Under the pieces are notes generated by a model. The model had not been told where the DNA came from and made no database searches. It worked only from the letters and a program-made list of their open reading frames with translations. Shown piece by piece: positions 59,527 through 64,000 of a stretch of 64,000 bases of DNA. The position numbers were made by a program, and so were the translations under genes. The first letter of the stretch is position 1. Each line of letters begins with the position of its first letter. Origin of the DNA: an uncultured Candidatus Peribacteria bacterium (lineage in GTDB: Bacteria; Patescibacteriota; Gracilibacteria; UBA1369; UM-FILTER-53-11); the NCBI GenBank assembly GCA_964358095.1, contig CAYHNW010000003.1, positions 10,306-74,305 on the forward strand. The letters run 5' to 3'.

Positions 59527-60471
59527 ATGGATTTTTTCGCAGAACTTGAGCAATTGCAACTGAAGACGCCGCGAATTGGCTCCGTGCGTTTGCAGTCCAT
59601 CAACAGCGATTACAATCACAATATAGACGGCTGCAAAAATTGCTATTTGCTCTGCAATGCCGTAAAAAACGAAGACTGCATGTATGGCCGTGATTTTTAT
59701 GATAATGCCGACTGCGTTGACTGTGATCACGTTCGGCGCTGCACTCTGTGCTACGAATGCCTAAACTGCGCAGAATGTTGGAATTGCAAATATTTGCAGG
59801 ACTGCAAAAACTGCAGCGATTGTGATTTTGGATATTACCTAAAAGGCTGCAAAAACTGCATCGGATGCGTCGGACTAAATCAAAAAGAATTTTGCATATT
59901 TAATAAACCGTATTCAAAAGAAGATTTTTTGGACAAGAAAAAGTCTCTGACGGAGGAAGAAATTGCGCGTGAATTTGACGAACTAAAACACCATGTGCCG
60001 CGCACGCCTACACTGCAAATGGAAACAGAAAAATGCTTTGGTGATGCCCTTTTACATTGCAAAAATGCCTTTTACGCCTTTGATTGTGACGGATGCCAAG
60101 ACAGCGGATACGTTTATGAATGTAAAAGCCTCGAAGATTGCTTCGATATTTTTGTGCTGGAATATTCTGAGCTGTGCTACGAATGCAGCAGCAATTATAA
60201 ACTTCACAATTCTAATTTCTGTTTCATGTGCACAGGTTCCAGCAATTTGGAATATTGTGAGTTAGTGATGAACAGCAAAGATTGTTTTGGATGTATGGGG
60301 CTGAACCACAAAGAGTATTGCATATTGAACGTGCAATATTCTAAGGAGGATTATTTTAAGCGCGTGGCAGAAATTAAGGCACAGTTGCGTGCGAGCGGCG
60401 AATACGGAAAAAGGTTTTTGCCATCGAGTTATCCCATGCAAGATACGGTGGGCGTTTGGGAAAAATTGTAA
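59527..60471 (+). CDS. Cysteine-lattice repeat protein, paralog D
   Basis: 314 aa. The N-terminus FFAELEQLQLKTPR matches the other paralogs. Contains GCKNCIGCVGLNQKEFCIFNKPYSKEDF and SKDCFGCMGLNHKEYCILNVQYSKEDYF. It starts 4 nt after the purC stop. Confidence 0.8.
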   Translation: MDFFAELEQLQLKTPRIGSVRLQSINSDYNHNIDGCKNCYLLCNAVKNEDCMYGRDFYDNADCVDCDHVRRCTLCYECLNCAECWNCKYLQDCKNCSDCDFGYYLKGCKNCIGCVGLNQKEFCIFNKPYSKEDFLDKKKSLTEEEIAREFDELKHHVPRTPTLQMETEKCFGDALLHCKNAFYAFDCDGCQDSGYVYECKSLEDCFDIFVLEYSELCYECSSNYKLHNSNFCFMCTGSSNLEYCELVMNSKDCFGCMGLNHKEYCILNVQYSKEDYFKRVAEIKAQLRASGEYGKRFLPSSYPMQDTVGVWEKL

Positions 60472-60587
60472 AAAATATCCTCCAGAAACTCTTTTTTAAT
60501 CTATTCAACCCCAATTCATAGACACCAGCAAAACCTTTTGATAGTTTTAAGGCGTATTTTTCTGATTATATTTAATCAAATTCTTCT

Positions 60588-63500
60588 ATGACATACTCGC
60601 GAAGGTTTTTACTCACGGCGGGACTTTTATCCGCGGTGTTGTTTTCGTCAACGGTAATAACATTGGCAGCGCCAAGTGTACCGATCATGCTGCAAGTAGA
60701 CGAAAAAATAGCGGTGGTGGAAGAAGAGGATCCCGATACCGGAGCATCAGATCTTCCGGACTCAATATTTGAGGTCAAAAGCCCATTTCTTGATTCTGCA
60801 GACCTGCCTGACGGTAAAAAAGCTTTCCGCCTTTATACAAAGCCTCGGCCAATTTACAAAGACACAGATGGCAAACTAAAAAAACGCGCACCGGACTGGA
60901 GCGTATTCGATCAGAATCCAAAATCTCAACTTAAAGACAGTAATGATGCGGGCTACACTTATGATTTTGATTTCGGGAACAACGAAAGTATAAAAGTTTC
61001 CGCTGGCAATTACGAAGAAGATGGCATCCCTGGAAATCAGCCGCAAAAAACTACTGCCAAAAAGTACACCGCCGAGTATCAAACGGTAACGCAGTACAGT
61101 GATGTCTACCCGGGACTTGATGTAAATTTTAGAGACAGCGGTGAGAAGAGAGAAAAAGAGTATGTTTTTACGAAAAAGCCTCAGCTTAAAGAAGGAACCA
61201 AAGAATTCGTTATTTGGGAAAATTTTGATTTGCCGAAAGGTTCAAAAATATTCAATTCGGACAGTAAAGAATTGAGCAGCGGGGATAAGGTCAAACTTTC
61301 CGAGATTCACGTAAAAACTCCAACTGGAAACAATTTTATTGTTTCGCCGGCTATAATGTTTGATTCTTCCGGCCCTTCGGATTTGCAATCGAGTAGAACT
61401 TTTCGAGATATTTCTTACGTAATAAAACTGGACGCGCAAAAGAAAGTCTTATCTCTTGGTCTTGTCGTAGAGGCTGAATATTTTAATAATCAAAATCTAG
61501 TTTATCCGGTAAAAATAGACCCGACTTATTATGCTTGCAAAGATGGCTACGCAAACGAGCTTAGCTGTGCAAACTATATTGACGTGTATTTAAGATCGGC
61601 ATGGGAAGGCGGCTCAACCATTGAAAACTGGCTCACGGATTCCGGAAACACTAATGGGAATCCGATTTATGGTCTTTACACCGGCTTATATGATCCGGCA
61701 GGGGCAAACAGATATACCAGACACTCCATTATTAAATTCGATACGGCAACTCTAAACAGCCTAAATCAAGCCGCCTGGGATTACAGCGTTTATTCCGCAA
61801 AAGTTTATTTATATTATTATGGCGCAGGCAATGGAGCCTATAACGGTGATATAAACATTGCGGCAAAAGAACTTGATGTAGATTGGGCACTTAACGCAAA
61901 TTTAAAGTACCGCAATTTATTCGTAAGTGACGTGGACATCGTATCAACCGCCACTCTCAATACGAATAATGGATTTAGGTGGGTTAACTGGGACATCACC
62001 AACACTTTTGAGGGCTGGACATTTTTTCAGGGTGATAATAGAGGTTTGATATTTGAACCAACTGGCACTTGGGATGGCAGAATAGAGGCTGGTGCGCCAC
62101 CATGGCCGAATAGACTACTAACTTTTTATGCAAATTCTCCAAATACAAATTTTAATCCGTATCTGGAAGTGAGAATGGAGAAAGCTGATTTGATCAATAG
62201 TGCTTCTAGCATTAATCCCGCAAGCGTTAATCCGGGCGGCACTGTAACCGCCAATTTTAGAACCGGCAATCAGGGATGGGTTGCGTCCAATCCAAGTACT
62301 ATTTTCTATTATGTAAATCCTCAGGCCAATTGCCAAAGCACGGTAAGCAGAACAGGGCTAGTGAATCTTCCATCTATCGGATCAACTTTTATAGACGTAA
62401 GAGGTGCAAATTACATTGTTCCACAGGGAACAGCGGCAGGTAGATATTGCATGTATGTCCGGATTGATCCCGATAATACGTGCTCGGAATCGGACGAGAA
62501 CAACAACACTTACACTTTAACTTTTGACGTTGTTAACGCACCGGCGCCGGATTTAACGTACACCGGTTCTCCAACGATCAATCCAAGCCAAGTTAATCCG
62601 GGCGGACAGACAACTTTTTCAAGCACTATACAGAACATTGGAAATGCCAATGCCAACGCAACTACCATCACATATTATCTGGACGGTGGAACTCAGCTGG
62701 GCCAATACAATTTGCCGGCTTTAAGCGCAGGACAAACCAACAACGCCGTGAAAACGCTAACTATTCCGGCAGGCACTTCGGCTGGCCAACACAGCATTTC
62801 TTTTAACATCGCACCGGTCGCTGGCGAATCCAATCAAAACAATAATCAGTATTCCACCAACATCACCGTAAACGCTCTGCCGGATTTATGGGCCGAAGAT
62901 ATTGTCGTAAATACCAGCCAAATTTATTACACGGAGCATATGTATTCGGTGAATGTTGTAGTGCACAACGCAGGTCCAATTGCAGTGAATGGCGCACAGT
63001 ATTTGTTGAAATTGCGCGATAATGCCCACGGAGGCACAGTGTACGATTTCACAACGACCGGTTCATTCAATATCGGAGCAAATACGCAAACAACCGTGAA
63101 CATGAGCGGCATGATGCCGGCACTAAGCGCCTTTCTGGCTCCGTACCAGGTGTTAGTTACTCTGGATCCAGCCGGACTGGTCGCCGAATCTGATGAAAAC
63201 AACAATACAGCAGGAAGTCCTAATGAAATACAGGTTGAACGATATTATTACGGAGGATTGGATACGGATAGTGATGGCGATCCGGATGTGGCCGAGGTTT
63301 TCGCTGGAACAAATATCCTTGTTGCCGACTTAAGACCAATTGCGGACATAAATGTCGCCAACTATTCGTCTAAACAGCACGATACCATTGCAAAAAACAT
63401 CGGCGGAGATCCGGTAAATAGCAGAACCGGCGGTTTTGATTTTTCTCAAACCGATTTTGAGCTACCTGGCAGAGGATTCCCCATCAAATTCGAGCGCAGT

Positions 63501-64000
63501 TTTAGTAGTATGCTTGCCGAACGCAGAGGCCGCTTGGGCAATGGTTGGACTCATTCATATAACGTTTTTTATTATCAAGATCCGGCCACAAAAGACGTTG
63601 AGGTTTATCGCGGAGACTCGCGCATAGCATATTTTTCCACAACCGATGGCGGAGGACATTTTGTGGCACCACCGGGCGATTACGACACTCTTTATCCAGA
63701 AGGCGACTACATGGTTTATAAGACTCTGGACGGCGTGCGCTACGTTTTCTCAAAAAAACTTTCTACAAATTTGGGAATGTTAGACAGAATAATTGATACC
63801 AACGGAAATACGACGCAACTCACTTACATGAACCGCCGCGATTTACAGTTGCTTACAACAATAACCGATCCATCTGGCCGCAGTATTACGCTAACTTATG
63901 GCGCAGAGGACAATAAACTTCTCTGGGAGAAAATAGCGGAAGTCCGCGACAACGTTAATCCTGACCATCCAAGAATTGTCACTTATGAATATGACGGCAA
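60588..64000 (+). CDS. Large secreted DNRLRE-like + 3x CARDB + calcium-binding linker + RHS/YD-repeat protein (runs off the right edge)
   Basis: Not in the track because no stop occurs in the window. My translation starts MTYSRRFLLTAGLLSAVLFSSTVITLAAP (signal-like). It continues through ...PWPNRLLTFYANSPNTNFNPYLEVRM. Three units end in ESDENNN or ESNQNNN (CARDB-like), then DTDSDGDPD, then DPVNSRTGGFDFSQTDFELPGRG and YD-type repeats (YEYDG at the edge). Confidence 0.75.
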   Translation, partial: MTYSRRFLLTAGLLSAVLFSSTVITLAAPSVPIMLQVDEKIAVVEEEDPDTGASDLPDSIFEVKSPFLDSADLPDGKKAFRLYTKPRPIYKDTDGKLKKRAPDWSVFDQNPKSQLKDSNDAGYTYDFDFGNNESIKVSAGNYEEDGIPGNQPQKTTAKKYTAEYQTVTQYSDVYPGLDVNFRDSGEKREKEYVFTKKPQLKEGTKEFVIWENFDLPKGSKIFNSDSKELSSGDKVKLSEIHVKTPTGNNFIVSPAIMFDSSGPSDLQSSRTFRDISYVIKLDAQKKVLSLGLVVEAEYFNNQNLVYPVKIDPTYYACKDGYANELSCANYIDVYLRSAWEGGSTIENWLTDSGNTNGNPIYGLYTGLYDPAGANRYTRHSIIKFDTATLNSLNQAAWDYSVYSAKVYLYYYGAGNGAYNGDINIAAKELDVDWALNANLKYRNLFVSDVDIVSTATLNTNNGFRWVNWDITNTFEGWTFFQGDNRGLIFEPTGTWDGRIEAGAPPWPNRLLTFYANSPNTNFNPYLEVRMEKADLINSASSINPASVNPGGTVTANFRTGNQGWVASNPSTIFYYVNPQANCQSTVSRTGLVNLPSIGSTFIDVRGANYIVPQGTAAGRYCMYVRIDPDNTCSESDENNNTYTLTFDVVNAPAPDLTYTGSPTINPSQVNPGGQTTFSSTIQNIGNANANATTITYYLDGGTQLGQYNLPALSAGQTNNAVKTLTIPAGTSAGQHSISFNIAPVAGESNQNNNQYSTNITVNALPDLWAEDIVVNTSQIYYTEHMYSVNVVVHNAGPIAVNGAQYLLKLRDNAHGGTVYDFTTTGSFNIGANTQTTVNMSGMMPALSAFLAPYQVLVTLDPAGLVAESDENNNTAGSPNEIQVERYYYGGLDTDSDGDPDVAEVFAGTNILVADLRPIADINVANYSSKQHDTIAKNIGGDPVNSRTGGFDFSQTDFELPGRGFPIKFERSFSSMLAERRGRLGNGWTHSYNVFYYQDPATKDVEVYRGDSRIAYFSTTDGGGHFVAPPGDYDTLYPEGDYMVYKTLDGVRYVFSKKLSTNLGMLDRIIDTNGNTTQLTYMNRRDLQLLTTITDPSGRSITLTYGAEDNKLLWEKIAEVRDNVNPDHPRIVTYEYDG

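Noticed and set aside
1-64000. Alternative genetic code (UGA recoding, as in some CPR lineages)
   Set aside because: Long housekeeping ORFs (dnaE, valS, clpC, aspS) are uninterrupted under the standard code and several genes end in TGA, so code 11 fits.

Overview
Dense, AT-rich bacterial window under the standard genetic code. The gene content suggests a Patescibacteria/CPR-like organism; that placement is an inference, not a search result. There are about 50 supportable CDS, mostly housekeeping: rmuC (partial), a UvrD-type helicase-nuclease, S1, clpC, ruvB, tsaE, aspS, dnaE, rnhB, nadC/nadA, murJ, ribD/ribBA, tsf, rpsB, valS, purA, glnA and purC. I also call two tRNAs by hand, Arg-TCT and Leu-TAG.

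Main candidates for something undescribed:
1. A same-strand block at 3276-8925. It holds a soluble VirD4/TraD-like P-loop ATPase, three tandem paralogs of a cytoplasmic cysteine-lattice protein and a small zinc-ribbon protein. It sits directly upstream of the helicase-nuclease and rmuC. A fourth Cys-lattice paralog lies after purC, and a second, membrane-anchored ATPase paralog lies at 23805-26285. The two ATPase genes share an upstream 16-mer.
2. A GC-rich palindromic repeat family with four copies. One copy is inserted in-frame inside valS, and one supplies the C-terminus and stop codon of ruvB. This resembles the behaviour of Rickettsia palindromic elements.
3. A conserved stem-loop with compensatory changes, placed 2-3 nt after two stop codons.
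4. An RsbU-like phosphatase and STAS pair, with no kinase or sigma factor nearby, in line with a transporter-HEAT fusion.
5. A LAGLIDADG-like ORF that reads into tRNA-Arg, followed by perfect 29-bp direct repeats, a frameshifted gene and a gene flanked by a 14-bp duplication.

Other items: a CIRCE operator upstream of clpC, and a large DNRLRE/CARDB/RHS surface protein that runs off the right edge.

All family names come from motif recognition by eye. No database search was run.
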